Made by a program: the position numbers and the translations under genes. From an uncultured Spirochaetota bacterium (GTDB lineage Bacteria > Spirochaetota > Spirochaetia > SZUA-6 > Fen-1364), in NCBI GenBank assembly GCA_963734545.1, contig CAVTHO010000008.1, positions 672,001 to 736,000 of the forward strand: a stretch of 64,000 nucleotides of DNA, given 5' to 3'. Positions 39,909 through 49,576 of the stretch are shown here, one piece after another. The notes beneath the pieces are model-generated. The model saw nothing but the letters and a program-made list of their open reading frames with translations, was not told the DNA's origin and did not search any database. How positions within the stretch are numbered: the first letter of the stretch is position 1; the number at the start of each line of letters is the position of its first letter.

Positions 39909-40498
39909 GCCTGTCCCCGTTCCGCCGGCTCGTGCTCTCCCGCTCCAGCGTCCGCCACTATGAGGAGCGCGGCATTGCGGATGCCGACATTCTCGCCATT
40001 GTCGAGGCGGCGCGCCGGGCTCCTTCCGCGGAGAATGCGCAGCCGTGGAAGTTCGTTGCGGTGAAGAGTCCCGCGGCACGCGAAGCGCTTTCCCGCGCGT
40101 GCTTCTCCGGGATCTTCTCTCCCACGCGGTTTGCGGCCCGTGCTCCGCTCCTCATCGCGCTGTGCGCGGAGAGAGCGGGCCTCATCGAGGCGGGCAAGTC
40201 AATCAAGGATCGGGCCATGTACCAGCTCGACTGCGGAATCGCGGGAGAACACCTTGTCCTGCAGGCCGCCGAGCTCGGTCTGGGGACGTGCTGGATCGGC
40301 TGGTTCAACCGCCGCGCGGCGCGAAGGGCGCTGGGAGCGCCCTGGCACGTGCAGGTAGTGTCCCTGATCGCGGTCGGGTATCCCCGGGCCGGCGCATCGC
40401 CGCAGCCGAGGACGCGCAATGCTCTTCACTCGATGCTGTGGCTGGACGCATGGGGAAGAGTCTTTCCGGGCGCCGAGTCTTACGACGTCGAGAAGTAG
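39905..40498 (+). CDS. Nitroreductase family protein
   Basis: RSSVRHY, APSAENAQPW, LGLGTCWIG, IAVGYP. Confidence 0.92.
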   Translation: MSLSPFRRLVLSRSSVRHYEERGIADADILAIVEAARRAPSAENAQPWKFVAVKSPAAREALSRACFSGIFSPTRFAARAPLLIALCAERAGLIEAGKSIKDRAMYQLDCGIAGEHLVLQAAELGLGTCWIGWFNRRAARRALGAPWHVQVVSLIAVGYPRAGASPQPRTRNALHSMLWLDAWGRVFPGAESYDVEK

Positions 40499-41229
40499 CT
40501 GACAGTGTTTCCGTCAGGGTCTGTGCCGGTTTCGGGATTGAACATGTCCAGGATCCTGCGACCTTCCGCGAAGAAGAAATACCAGTGCTCTCCCGGAGGG
40601 ACACGCAGGGTGATACGGTACGTGCCCGGGGCTGTTTCCATCAGGGTGTCGACAAAAGGGTCCCAGAAGTTGAAGTCTCCCGCGATGGACACGCGCCTGC
40701 CGGGCGCTCCGCGGAAAATGAAGGTGATTCCACCGTCGATTTCCCTCCGCGGATTGAGTATCAATCGGGCCGGCTCTTTCTCCAGCGTAAACACCGAGAC
40801 CTCGTTTCCCACTGCGTCGGTGTCGACCCGCGGGTTGGTCGGGTCTGCCATCCAGAGCCCGTCGACGACTATCTTGTAGCGGATCTCCCGCACGCCTTCC
40901 GGCACCGGGTAGTCAAGGACGAACACGCCGTTCTCGTTCACCGCGTAGGGGTGGAGGACTTTCCAGGATTCGTGCGCGAACCGCACACCCACGAATCGGG
41001 TCGGCGTGCCCGGCTTGAGCGTGAGGAGAAGCACGTCCTCCACCATGCGCGGCGCCTGGGCGGCGGCGAGAGTCCTTACCGCGATATCCAGGGTCTGGGA
41101 GTTCACTCCGAATGCGGGGCCGGCGCAGATGAGCAGGCTCGCCCACGCGGCGCAGCCGACGAGGAACCGCCCTTTCCTGCAAGGGCGTTTTGCCCGGACG
41201 AGCGCCGGGGTCCTCGATTCGTTGCGCAT
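40480..41229 (-). CDS. Secreted protein with two CBM48/AMPK-like glycogen-binding (early set) domains
   Basis: YKIVVDGLWMADPTNP; VSIAGDFNFWDP; YFFFAEG..ILDMFNP; N-terminal hydrophobic signal. Confidence 0.8.
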   Translation of the reverse strand: MRNESRTPALVRAKRPCRKGRFLVGCAAWASLLICAGPAFGVNSQTLDIAVRTLAAAQAPRMVEDVLLLTLKPGTPTRFVGVRFAHESWKVLHPYAVNENGVFVLDYPVPEGVREIRYKIVVDGLWMADPTNPRVDTDAVGNEVSVFTLEKEPARLILNPRREIDGGITFIFRGAPGRRVSIAGDFNFWDPFVDTLMETAPGTYRITLRVPPGEHWYFFFAEGRRILDMFNPETGTDPDGNTVSYFSTS

Positions 41230-41349
41230 ACCTTCGCTCTTCACTGTGGACGTCCTGATGCTTTTGCTTATAATAGGTTTCGGCCGGAATGGCGGGACGC
41301 TTGAGTCATGGTGCGTCCCCGTCCTACCGACATTTGATGCAGGAGAGGC

Positions 41350-44300
41350 ATGCCGCGCCCCGAGGACATTGAAAAGTTTACCCAGGTGCTCAATTCCCTC
41401 GGCGATGAGCCCGCGATACGCGAGGCCAGGTCGGAAACCATAGAGCAGGTCTCGGCCCCCGGCGAGGAAATCCCGCAGCCGGAGGGTGAGCCCCTCGATT
41501 CCCTCCCGATGGACGAGGAGGGACTTCCCGGCGATGAGGCAGGGGCAGGTCCCGCGGCGGAGCAGCCGGCGGCGGCAGCTGCACGGAGTACCGAGCAAGA
41601 AGCGCCGGGGCTGCAGGATGTTTTCGAGGGCCTTACCGAGCTGACAGAAGAGCCGAAGCTCGAGGAGCCGGCAATCGAGGAACCGTCCGCCGGGGAGCCG
41701 GCGGCCCCCGGGACGGGCGATGGCCTCGACTTCGCATCCCTGTTCGCGGAGGAGACGGAGCCGAGCGCGATAGAGGATCTGGAGACGCCTCCGGCGGCCT
41801 CGCCCGGTGCTCCGGTCCCCGAAGAAGACGTTTTCACGTTTCCTGAAGGCGAGCCCGAGGGGCTGCAGGCCGACATTTCGCAGATGGAGGTCGTTCCGGA
41901 GGAAGCCGAGAGTGCATCCACGCCGGGCGGCGAGCCTGCCCTTCCCGAACCTGGTGCAGAATCCTTCGAAGACTTCGGCTCGTTCTCACTGGACACTGCC
42001 GAGAGCGCAGAGCCCGAACGCCCGCCGGAGCTCGAGCCTCCCGAGGCGCTCGGTGAGAGCGTCGAGCTTCCGAACCTTGAGGATCTGAGCTTTGGCGAGC
42101 CATCGGCAGAGCCCGGTGTGCCCTCCGAGCCATCGTTCGGGGAGCCGGAGCCGCAGGCCCCCTCCGAGCCGTCGTTCGGGGAGCCGGAGCCGTCGTCGGA
42201 GATCCCTTCTGGCCTGGGCTTCGACCTCGATACCGCCACGGGGTTCGAGACACCACCTTCCGCCGAAGCTCCCGAGGGACCGGCTGAGCAGCCGGGCATG
42301 GAAAGCCTCGGGGAAGAGGGTATTGGGGACCTCAACCTCGACGAGTTCAGTCTCCCCGAGTCTGCCGAGCAGTTCGGCGCGCCGGGGATTGCGCCGGTCG
42401 CGCCGCCGTATCCGGCGGAGGTGACGCCGCCGGAGCGCGAGGCGCCCGCCCGGCCCGGCCCGAAACCGCGACGGCCTGCCGCCGCGCGGCCCGCCGCAGC
42501 GCCCGAGGAGCTTCCTGGGGCCGAAGGCGAGATCGAGCTTACTCCCGAGCAGTTCGCCCGGTTGAAGAAAGCGCTGGAAGCGCTTCCCCGGAACCTGAAA
42601 GTCGCGGTACAGGATCTCATTGGCGAAGGCAAGGCGACAGGAGCAGATCTCTCCAAGCTCATTTCCCTCCTTCTCGGGGGCGCGAGCGCGCAGGAGATCG
42701 CCACGCTGGCCGGGCGCATTTCGGGAAAACGAATCCGGATCCCCGCGGGGTACGAGAAGAAGACGGGAGTCGCGTTCGAGGCCGAACAACGTACCTTCGG
42801 CTACGCCTTCCGGGAGAACATCCTCCCGCTCGCGCGCACGGTCCTGCTGACCGCCCTGGTCGGCCTGCTGCTCTACTTTGCCGGCAGGTACGTCGTCTAC
42901 AGGCCCCTCTATGCGTTCTCGAACTACCGGGCGGGCTACACACAGATCATGAATGACAGGTTCACCCTTGCCAACGAAAGATTCGCGCGCGCGGCGGGCG
43001 TTCTGGCGATCAAGAGCTGGTTTTACCGCTACGCGGAAGCCTTCGCCGCCAAGCGGCAGTACGTGCTGGCGGAAGAAAAATATGACGACCTCCTGCGCAG
43101 GTTCGGGGACGACAAGAAGGGAATACTGGACTACGCGCGCATGGAATCCACGCAGCTCGCCGACTACGAGAAGGCCGACACGCTTCTCAAGCGCCTCCTG
43201 GACCGCAGGATGTACGACTACGATGCACTGATCGCCGCCGGCGACAACGAAATGGAATGGGGAGAAAAGGTCCCGGTGAAGTTCGAGGCCGCACGGCTCT
43301 CCTACGCCACCCTGATCGAGAAGTACGGGGTCCGGGACGACCTGCTCTTCCGCATGCTGCGGTTCTTCATCCGCACGGACAACGCGGAGGAGGTGGAGAG
43401 GCTCCGCGTCTATTACGCCTCCCGGCCCGAGGTCAAGGTCGACGCCGAGGCGTTCGCCGAGCTCGGCGGATACCTGGTGGACCACCGTCGGCTGGAGTAC
43501 GCGCAGGACGTTCTCTTCCGGGCCGACAAGGTGAAACCGGGGCTTGCCGAGGTCCATTACAATCTCGCGCGCTACTACCGCATCGTGAAAAGCCCGGGCG
43601 ACGAGAAGCTGGCGCTGGACGCGGTGATAGCGAGCATGAAGAACACGGACCCGCTCACCCGCAAAAGATTGTCCATCGAGATCGACACGTACACCCGGAG
43701 GGGAGAACTCAATTACGGGAACCGCGAGTTCATTGCCGCGGAGAAAGATCTGGATAGAGCGATCAGCCTCGTCGAGCAGAACCAGAGAATGAAGCTCATC
43801 GGGTACGACAAGCTGTTCGGGCGCCCCTACGCGGCGCTCGGCGACCTCTACTATTACATCCAGGGCGATCTGGCAAACGCCGGCGCGCAGTATCAGAACG
43901 CGATTGCGAACCATTTCACGGACCCCGGGCTGAGCTACAAGATCGGCTATATCCAGTACAGGGGGCAGGACTACAAGGGCGCCCTGGCGACCTTCGCATC
44001 CACGGAGGATCAATCGGCCTATCCGAGCGGCAACGAAGAGCTGGCCTCCGCCGCTCCCGGTGAACCGGGCACTGCCGTTGAAAGCGCTCCGGCGGGTCGC
44101 GCGCCGCCGCTTGCCCGGGTGCCCGTGAACCTCCTTTTTGCCCTCGGCAACTGCTTCTTCCAGCGGGGCGACTACTTTGCCGCGCAGGGGTACTACCTGG
44201 GACTGCTGGACCGGCTGGAGACGAAAAAGACGGCCATCGGCAGCCTGCAGCCGCTGGAGGTGCCGGAGCACCGCGCGCTGATGGACAACATCATGAAAGT

Positions 44301-44559
44301 GAACAACAACCTCGGGGTGACGATGATCAGGCTCTCGGAGAGGACAGGCGACAGGAAGAAGAGGTCCGAAGCCCTGGTCTATCTCACCGCGGCAGCGCAG
44401 ATCGCCGATTCACTGGCGCGTGCTCCGGACACGGTCCGGCGAAGCGAGACGCGGAGCCTTCCCGGGTTCAATATGAGGGGCATTCTCTACCCCGTCACCG
44501 GCTTCGTGCTGCAGATCTACCAGGAGCTACCCAAGGACCTCCAGGCGCAAAGCCTGTGA
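41350..44559 (+). CDS. flcA: Periplasmic flagellar collar protein FlcA-like (acidic N-terminal region, TM, TPR repeats)
   Basis: 1069 aa; LNSLGDEP N-term, long E/P-rich region, LPRNLKVAV...RIRIPAGYEKKTG..FE, TM, TPRs, NNLGV; architecture recalled from spirochaete FlcA, not database-verified. Confidence 0.72.
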   Translation: MPRPEDIEKFTQVLNSLGDEPAIREARSETIEQVSAPGEEIPQPEGEPLDSLPMDEEGLPGDEAGAGPAAEQPAAAAARSTEQEAPGLQDVFEGLTELTEEPKLEEPAIEEPSAGEPAAPGTGDGLDFASLFAEETEPSAIEDLETPPAASPGAPVPEEDVFTFPEGEPEGLQADISQMEVVPEEAESASTPGGEPALPEPGAESFEDFGSFSLDTAESAEPERPPELEPPEALGESVELPNLEDLSFGEPSAEPGVPSEPSFGEPEPQAPSEPSFGEPEPSSEIPSGLGFDLDTATGFETPPSAEAPEGPAEQPGMESLGEEGIGDLNLDEFSLPESAEQFGAPGIAPVAPPYPAEVTPPEREAPARPGPKPRRPAAARPAAAPEELPGAEGEIELTPEQFARLKKALEALPRNLKVAVQDLIGEGKATGADLSKLISLLLGGASAQEIATLAGRISGKRIRIPAGYEKKTGVAFEAEQRTFGYAFRENILPLARTVLLTALVGLLLYFAGRYVVYRPLYAFSNYRAGYTQIMNDRFTLANERFARAAGVLAIKSWFYRYAEAFAAKRQYVLAEEKYDDLLRRFGDDKKGILDYARMESTQLADYEKADTLLKRLLDRRMYDYDALIAAGDNEMEWGEKVPVKFEAARLSYATLIEKYGVRDDLLFRMLRFFIRTDNAEEVERLRVYYASRPEVKVDAEAFAELGGYLVDHRRLEYAQDVLFRADKVKPGLAEVHYNLARYYRIVKSPGDEKLALDAVIASMKNTDPLTRKRLSIEIDTYTRRGELNYGNREFIAAEKDLDRAISLVEQNQRMKLIGYDKLFGRPYAALGDLYYYIQGDLANAGAQYQNAIANHFTDPGLSYKIGYIQYRGQDYKGALATFASTEDQSAYPSGNEELASAAPGEPGTAVESAPAGRAPPLARVPVNLLFALGNCFFQRGDYFAAQGYYLGLLDRLETKKTAIGSLQPLEVPEHRALMDNIMKVNNNLGVTMIRLSERTGDRKKRSEALVYLTAAAQIADSLARAPDTVRRSETRSLPGFNMRGILYPVTGFVLQIYQELPKDLQAQSL
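42121..42192 (+). repeat. In-frame 39-bp tandem duplication in flcA (PSEPSFGEPEP x2)
   Basis: CCCTCCGAGCCRTCGTTCGGGGAGCCGGAGCCG at 42121 and 42160. Confidence 0.85.
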
Positions 44560-44613
44560 GGGCTGGCTTGCAGGCAGGGACGGCGTTCGCGCCGAACGGG
44601 TAATCCCGTATAT

Positions 44614-44652
44614 CGAGGGCGAGCGAGTTCAAGGATGGACGAAAGCGAGCCC
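44614..44652 (+). repeat. Dispersed 39-bp structured element, module A, copy 4
   Basis: CGAGGGCGAGCGA-GTTCAAGGATGGACGAA-AGCGAGCCC, abutting the ilvE stop; preceded by two small hairpins (44581-44594, 44596-44609). Confidence 0.85.
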
Positions 44653-45768
44653 CTAGGACCGGGGGGGAGTCAGAATCGCGGGGAACATCCACCCGTGAGT
44701 ATCCGGCAGGGCCCCATATTGGATCCCCTTCAGGGTCTTGAGCAGAGCGCCGGTCACCTCGCCCACCTTGCGGCCCGCGAACACCGCTTCTTTCCCCTCG
44801 TGCGTGATCGACTCGATCGGAGTTATGCCCGCGGCGGTACCCGAGACAAAGCACTCCTTTGCGCCGGCAAAAGCTTCCTTCACGGACACGGGCCGCTCTT
44901 CCGTTGATATGCCCTTTTCATGGGCAAGTATCAGAATGCTTTTCCGCGTGATGCCGGGGAGGATGGTGTCCTCCAGCCGGGGAGTCACAAGGGTGCCGTT
45001 CTTCATGACGAAGAAGATGTTGCAGGAAGAGCCTTCCTCGAAATAGGCGTGCTCCCGGGCATCGAGGAAGACCGCCTCCATGTACCCCGCCTGCTCGGCT
45101 TCCTTTTTTGCAAGGGCGCTTGTGACGTAGTTGGAGTCCGCCTTGATCCACCCCGTGCCCCCGGGGGTTGCCCGAACCCTCCGTGTCGTCACGGCCTTGG
45201 TATTGCCGGCCTTGAAATATGAGCCGACCGGCGTCGTGATCATGATCACCCAGGGACTCTTGCTGATCCCGACCCCGATCCCCGGCTCGGCGCACGTGAA
45301 GGGACGGATATACACGGCGCTGCCCTGTACGAAATCAGCGGCAGCCCAGGAGGGATCGTATGCAGGGGCGAAGCCGATACACTTGTTCCTGCCCACCAGG
45401 GTGCGCACGGCGGTCAGGAACATGTCGGGAGGGAATCCGGGCATGAACAGCCCTTTCATGGACGACTCCATGCGCTTCCCGTTTTCATCCGGCCGGAACA
45501 GGCTCAGGGAGCCGTCCGGCTGGGGGAATGCCTTCAAGCCCTCGAAGCACCCCATCCCGTACTGGCTCGTGTAGCTCACGAGGGGGAGGTCCGCGAAATT
45601 GTTCCGTTTCAGCAGCAATTCGGCCTTCTCCGAGGCGGGCATCGCCGCCTCCTCATTCGGGGTGAGGTGCGGCTTCTCGACATACTCTTCCGTCCAGCCG
45701 CCGTCCTCGTGGAACTTGGCCCGGTAGATCCACGGATCGATCTCGAGACTGAATCCCTTCGCCATCAC
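44653..45768 (-). CDS. ilvE: Branched-chain amino acid aminotransferase (class IV PLP)
   Basis: YGMGCFEGLKAF, LFRPDEN, YIRPF, IKADSNY, EGSSCNIF, ILPGITR, SGTAA. Confidence 0.93.
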   Translation of the reverse strand: MMAKGFSLEIDPWIYRAKFHEDGGWTEEYVEKPHLTPNEEAAMPASEKAELLLKRNNFADLPLVSYTSQYGMGCFEGLKAFPQPDGSLSLFRPDENGKRMESSMKGLFMPGFPPDMFLTAVRTLVGRNKCIGFAPAYDPSWAAADFVQGSAVYIRPFTCAEPGIGVGISKSPWVIMITTPVGSYFKAGNTKAVTTRRVRATPGGTGWIKADSNYVTSALAKKEAEQAGYMEAVFLDAREHAYFEEGSSCNIFFVMKNGTLVTPRLEDTILPGITRKSILILAHEKGISTEERPVSVKEAFAGAKECFVSGTAAGITPIESITHEGKEAVFAGRKVGEVTGALLKTLKGIQYGALPDTHGWMFPAILTPPRS

Positions 45769-45853
45769 CGTCCTCCGGGGCCAGTATAGCAGGAACCGCG
45801 GCTGCGGTACACCGTGCCGCTCGCGCGCCGGATTTTTCGCTGGAGATTATCGG

Positions 45854-46174
45854 GTGGATATGTCGATCATAGAAACGACCATGGAGCACACGCGGGACCA
45901 CATCATTTTCTTCATGGCGCAGAAGATGTACTTCCTCGAGCGGGCGGGAAGTCGGGAGATCTTCAATCGCCTGGTCGAGCATTTCGAGCAGATCAACCTC
46001 GACGGGCTCCTCGAATACCTTACGCGCTACTATGCGTTGGACGTGGAAAGAGAGCTGGATGACTTCTACCTGGCCGAAGGCGAGCTCGTGTTCATCTCCC
46101 GCAGGAAGGACCTCCGGTTCAAGCACGTGTACCGCGACGGGCACCTGCGCCTGGTCGGCATAGAGGACATCTGA
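45854..46174 (+). CDS. Hypothetical protein
   Basis: 106-aa ORF with natural protein composition filling the gap; start 45854 or 45860. Confidence 0.7.
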   Translation: MDMSIIETTMEHTRDHIIFFMAQKMYFLERAGSREIFNRLVEHFEQINLDGLLEYLTRYYALDVERELDDFYLAEGELVFISRRKDLRFKHVYRDGHLRLVGIEDI

Positions 46175-46238
46175 GAGGCCTTCGGCACTCCGCTCGGCCC
46201 GGCCGCGGTTTGCCGCAGTTTGCCGCGGGCTCAGGCCG

Positions 46239-47198
46239 CTACGCCGGCTCTTCCCGCCTGCCCTGCTTGTCCAGGATAGCCACGATTTCATCCCGAAAGC
46301 CCGCTGCAGCGGACAGTGAGCACGCTTCGAGGTCATACTGCAGGGCCTGCTGGCAGATCCTTCGGTAGACCTTGAGCTCCTCCTCGACCAGTTTCAGCAC
46401 TGCCTGCCGCCCGTCGTAGAGGCGCACGAGGACCTCGCGCGTCTTGTACTTTTCATCCCGCGCGTGCGCGAGCGTGGAACGAATGCGCGCAACCTCTCGA
46501 GCCTGGCTGGCAAGCAGGGGGGCGAGCTCCTTCAAGGGCAGCAGAGTCCACGTGAAGCCGCTGCGGCTCCCCTTGTCCGCGTCCGCCTGCTCCTGCAGGA
46601 TGGAGGCGTAATGACGCTTGATGCTCCCGATTATTTCCTCGAATGTCCGCGTGAAATTCGTCAGGAAGGATTTGCGCATCTCGGGCTTGATGGTGGGCAC
46701 GAGCGCGCGCATCTTCTTGTTCTCCGCATTGTAGCGCTGCACCTGCATCAGAATGTTCTTGATGGCCGCATGGGAGCGCAGCGCGGGGTTCCTCTTTATC
46801 CGCGCATTCACGTCGGCGAGGATGGCCCCCACCTGCATCGATTCGACGCCGAAGCTGCGCTTTTCATCCGGTTCGCGGCTGAGGGGAAGGACGTCCGTGC
46901 AGAGCAGCCGCTGAAGGAGTATGACGAGCAGAAGCACGGCGAGGGATTTCTCGTGCGTGGTCATCTCCTGGCCGGCGAGGGACTTGTAGCGGGCGGTCTC
47001 CAGGGCGACGAGAACCGGCATGAGCAGCGTGCGCTTGTACTCGACGACCCCCTGCTCCACCGAGTGCCGAAGAGTTTCCGCCGCCGCCTTGAGCTCGTAC
47101 GACGGGATGCCCAGCATGTCGATCAGCGCGTGGAAATCGTTCGATTTTGCTTTGAGCTCGATCCAATCTCCGCTGATTCTTAAATCCAGCTCCGCCAT
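46239..47198 (-). CDS. Hypothetical helical protein
   Basis: 319 aa from MAELDLRISG; promoter-like TTGATC-17-TACAAT (47237-47209) upstream; the extension to 48380 in the ORF track is antisense to ssb. Confidence 0.75.
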   Translation of the reverse strand: MAELDLRISGDWIELKAKSNDFHALIDMLGIPSYELKAAAETLRHSVEQGVVEYKRTLLMPVLVALETARYKSLAGQEMTTHEKSLAVLLLVILLQRLLCTDVLPLSREPDEKRSFGVESMQVGAILADVNARIKRNPALRSHAAIKNILMQVQRYNAENKKMRALVPTIKPEMRKSFLTNFTRTFEEIIGSIKRHYASILQEQADADKGSRSGFTWTLLPLKELAPLLASQAREVARIRSTLAHARDEKYKTREVLVRLYDGRQAVLKLVEEELKVYRRICQQALQYDLEACSLSAAAGFRDEIVAILDKQGRREEPA

Positions 47199-47336
47199 GG
47201 AGAAATCGATTGTATGCGATTTCTCCCGCCAGATCAACCGAACGGTGGTATTCACGCCGTGCTGCGCCGCGGTACCCCGCGGATTTCGTGAAGCGGCGGG
47301 ACCGCTGGCGTGTACTAGAGACACGAGGAGGAAGGC

Positions 47337-47771
47337 ATGAACAATCTCAACTCCATTCTCATCGAGGGCAACCTGGTGAGGGACCCCGAGCTCTCCTACA
47401 CGCCCAAGGGAACGGCCATCTGCAAGTTCTCGGTCGCATGCAACCGTTCCTGGAAGCAGGACGACGAGTTCCAGAAGGAGGTCTCCTTCTTCGACGTCTC
47501 CACATGGCAAAGGCTCGCGGAGGTGTGCGGGGAGTATCTCAAGAAAGGCAGGGGCGTCAGGGTCGTGGGCAGACTGAAGCAGGACCGCTGGACGGACCCG
47601 GACGGCAAGCCGCACTCGCGTGTGGAAATCGTTGCCGAGCACGTGGAGTTCAAGCCGCAGCTGAAGAAGGGAGACGGAGATCCGGCCGCGGACAAGGCGG
47701 CGGAGACAGGGGAGACAGGGGAGGCCGGCTCGGAAGAGCAAGAGGAGGTGAAGGAGGCGGCCGGGTTCTGA
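47337..47771 (+). CDS. ssb: Single-stranded DNA-binding protein
   Basis: LIEGNLVRDPEL.YT..G.AICKFSVA.NR, YLKKG..V.V.GRL.Q.RW; acidic tail ending AAGF. Confidence 0.95.
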   Translation: MNNLNSILIEGNLVRDPELSYTPKGTAICKFSVACNRSWKQDDEFQKEVSFFDVSTWQRLAEVCGEYLKKGRGVRVVGRLKQDRWTDPDGKPHSRVEIVAEHVEFKPQLKKGDGDPAADKAAETGETGEAGSEEQEEVKEAAGF

Positions 47772-47798
47772 CGCAATCATTGCTGTCTGCATGAAATG

Positions 47799-47828
47799 GC
47801 GCGGCCTTCCCGTATCGGGAGGCCGCGC
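47799..47828 (+). terminator. Stem-loop downstream of ssb
   Basis: GCGCGGCCTTCCCG-TAT-CGGGAGGCCGCGC; weak U tract. Confidence 0.45.
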
Positions 47829-47905
47829 TGCATTCGCTTCGGCCGCACACCATGCATCCACCCGATCCGATCTCTCATGGCGTCTCCGGGAGGAAGTCTC
47901 CGTCC

Positions 47906-47934
47906 TTGACCGGCCATGCTCCCGCCTGTAGGAT
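47906..47934 (+). promoter_or_regulatory. Putative sigma70 promoter of the GH18 gene
   Basis: TTGACC, 17 nt, TAGGAT. Confidence 0.55.
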
Positions 47935-48005
47935 CGGCAGGAGGAGCGTGACGAAGTATGGGGCGCATGCACTGCCGGCGAATGCTGAGAAGATGGTCGT
48001 ATGGA

Positions 48006-49067
48006 ATGCGCGTGGCAGCCCTGCTGCCTGCACTGTTGCTCGGCGCCCTTGCCGCATGGGCTGACAGCAACCCCCTCTCTGCCGAACCGGCAAGACCGGT
48101 TTTCAAGGAAATCTGGGCGTATCTCCTGCGGGGTGAGGAAAAGGAGCTGACGGGTTCGGAACCCATTACCGACCTGTGCTATTTCGGGGCAAGCCTCGAC
48201 AGAAATGGAAGGATAACTGATACGGTCGCACGGCCGGCGATTGTTCTCAAGAACGGCATGAAACCGGCGATCCATCTGGTGATTGCGGAGCTGTCCAACG
48301 AAGCGCTCATGCACTTTTCCCTGAATCCCGCATATGGTGTGAGGCCGCTGCTCATCGAGGACATCTGCCGGATCGGGCAAGGTTTCGACGGAGTCCAGAT
48401 AGACTTCGAATCAGTATCGCGGGATGACGCGGGCTTTTTCTTCGACTTCCTGAAGGAATTGAGAGGCAGGCTTCCTGCCGGGAAAAAGCTGAGTGTCGCG
48501 GCACCCGCCAGGACGGAGCTGACAAAGGATGCCTACGACTATACGCAAATCGCTCCCCTCGTGGATCGAATGGTGATCATGGCGTACGACGAACACTGGA
48601 GCACGAGCTCTCCGGGGCCGGTCGCCTCGCTTCCGTGGTGTGCAAAGGTCGTCGACTACGCGAAGAGCGCGGTTGGAGTAGACAAGATCGTCATGGGCCT
48701 GCCTCTCTACGGCAGGGCCTGGCAGGACAGACGGCTGGCAAAAGCGTTGCGCTTCAAGAACGTGCTGGACCTTGTGGCTGAAAAAAAGAGCACGACGAGC
48801 TATGCGCCGGAGCTTGGCGCCTCCTTCGAATACTCCGAGAACGTGACTGTCACGGTGTTCTTTGACGACTATCGGTCGCTGATGGAAAAGCTCAGGCTCT
48901 ACCAGGCCCGCGATGTCGGCGCAGTATCCTTCTGGCGCATTGGGCAGGGTCCTCCCCTGCTCTGGGACAGCATTGGAAACTCGGGCGCCGTGAATGGATC
49001 CCTTCCTGCCGGAAGCGGTCCGGTATCTCCGCCTGATGAGACGCCGGCCGCTCCCCGCCAGGGCTGA
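48006..49067 (+). CDS. Glycoside hydrolase family 18 protein (secreted)
   Basis: Signal peptide; FDGVQIDFE, MAYDEH, PGPVAS, GLPLYGRAW, SFWRIG; start uncertain. Confidence 0.9.
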   Translation: MRVAALLPALLLGALAAWADSNPLSAEPARPVFKEIWAYLLRGEEKELTGSEPITDLCYFGASLDRNGRITDTVARPAIVLKNGMKPAIHLVIAELSNEALMHFSLNPAYGVRPLLIEDICRIGQGFDGVQIDFESVSRDDAGFFFDFLKELRGRLPAGKKLSVAAPARTELTKDAYDYTQIAPLVDRMVIMAYDEHWSTSSPGPVASLPWCAKVVDYAKSAVGVDKIVMGLPLYGRAWQDRRLAKALRFKNVLDLVAEKKSTTSYAPELGASFEYSENVTVTVFFDDYRSLMEKLRLYQARDVGAVSFWRIGQGPPLLWDSIGNSGAVNGSLPAGSGPVSPPDETPAAPRQG

Positions 49068-49080
49068 ATGGCGAGCGGCC

Positions 49081-49500
49081 TTACTTCACCAGCTTTGCGG
49101 TAAGGGTGATCTTCGGCCCGGCAAGGGCCTTGGAGACGGGACAATCCTTCTTGGCAGCTTCTGCGTGCTTCAGGAATGCGGATTCCGCGAGCCCGGGAAC
49201 CTGCGCTTCGGTCATCAGCTCGATCCGGGTGATTGTCGGCCCCTCGTCGAGGTGAACGGTGGCGGTGGTGTGCACGCGCGTCGGTATGAATCCCGCATCA
49301 GTCAGCAGCGCCGACAGGAACATCGAAAAGCATCCCGCGTGCGCCGCGCCGATGAGCTCTTCGGGGTTTGTTCCCTTCCCCGACTCGAACCGGGAGGCAA
49401 AGGTGAACGGCCCTTCGTAGGCGCCGCTGCCCACCTTCATGTGCCCCGCGCCTTCCTTCAGGGACCCTTTCCATTCCGCGGATGAAGAACGGACTGCCAT
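49081..49500 (-). CDS. osmC: OsmC family peroxiredoxin
   Basis: FASRFE..GTNPEELIGAAHAGCFSM, AKKDCPVSKAL. Confidence 0.95.
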   Translation of the reverse strand: MAVRSSSAEWKGSLKEGAGHMKVGSGAYEGPFTFASRFESGKGTNPEELIGAAHAGCFSMFLSALLTDAGFIPTRVHTTATVHLDEGPTITRIELMTEAQVPGLAESAFLKHAEAAKKDCPVSKALAGPKITLTAKLVK

Positions 49501-49576
49501 TGTTTCCTCCGTGCCCGGACCGGATCGCCGGGACTCCTGCGTGATGGTTGAAAGGTACAGACGGGTCGTGCGGCGG

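Noticed and set aside
47199-48380. 713-aa ORF 46239..48380
   Set aside because: The upstream part is antisense to ssb and the GH18 gene; the real gene starts at 47198
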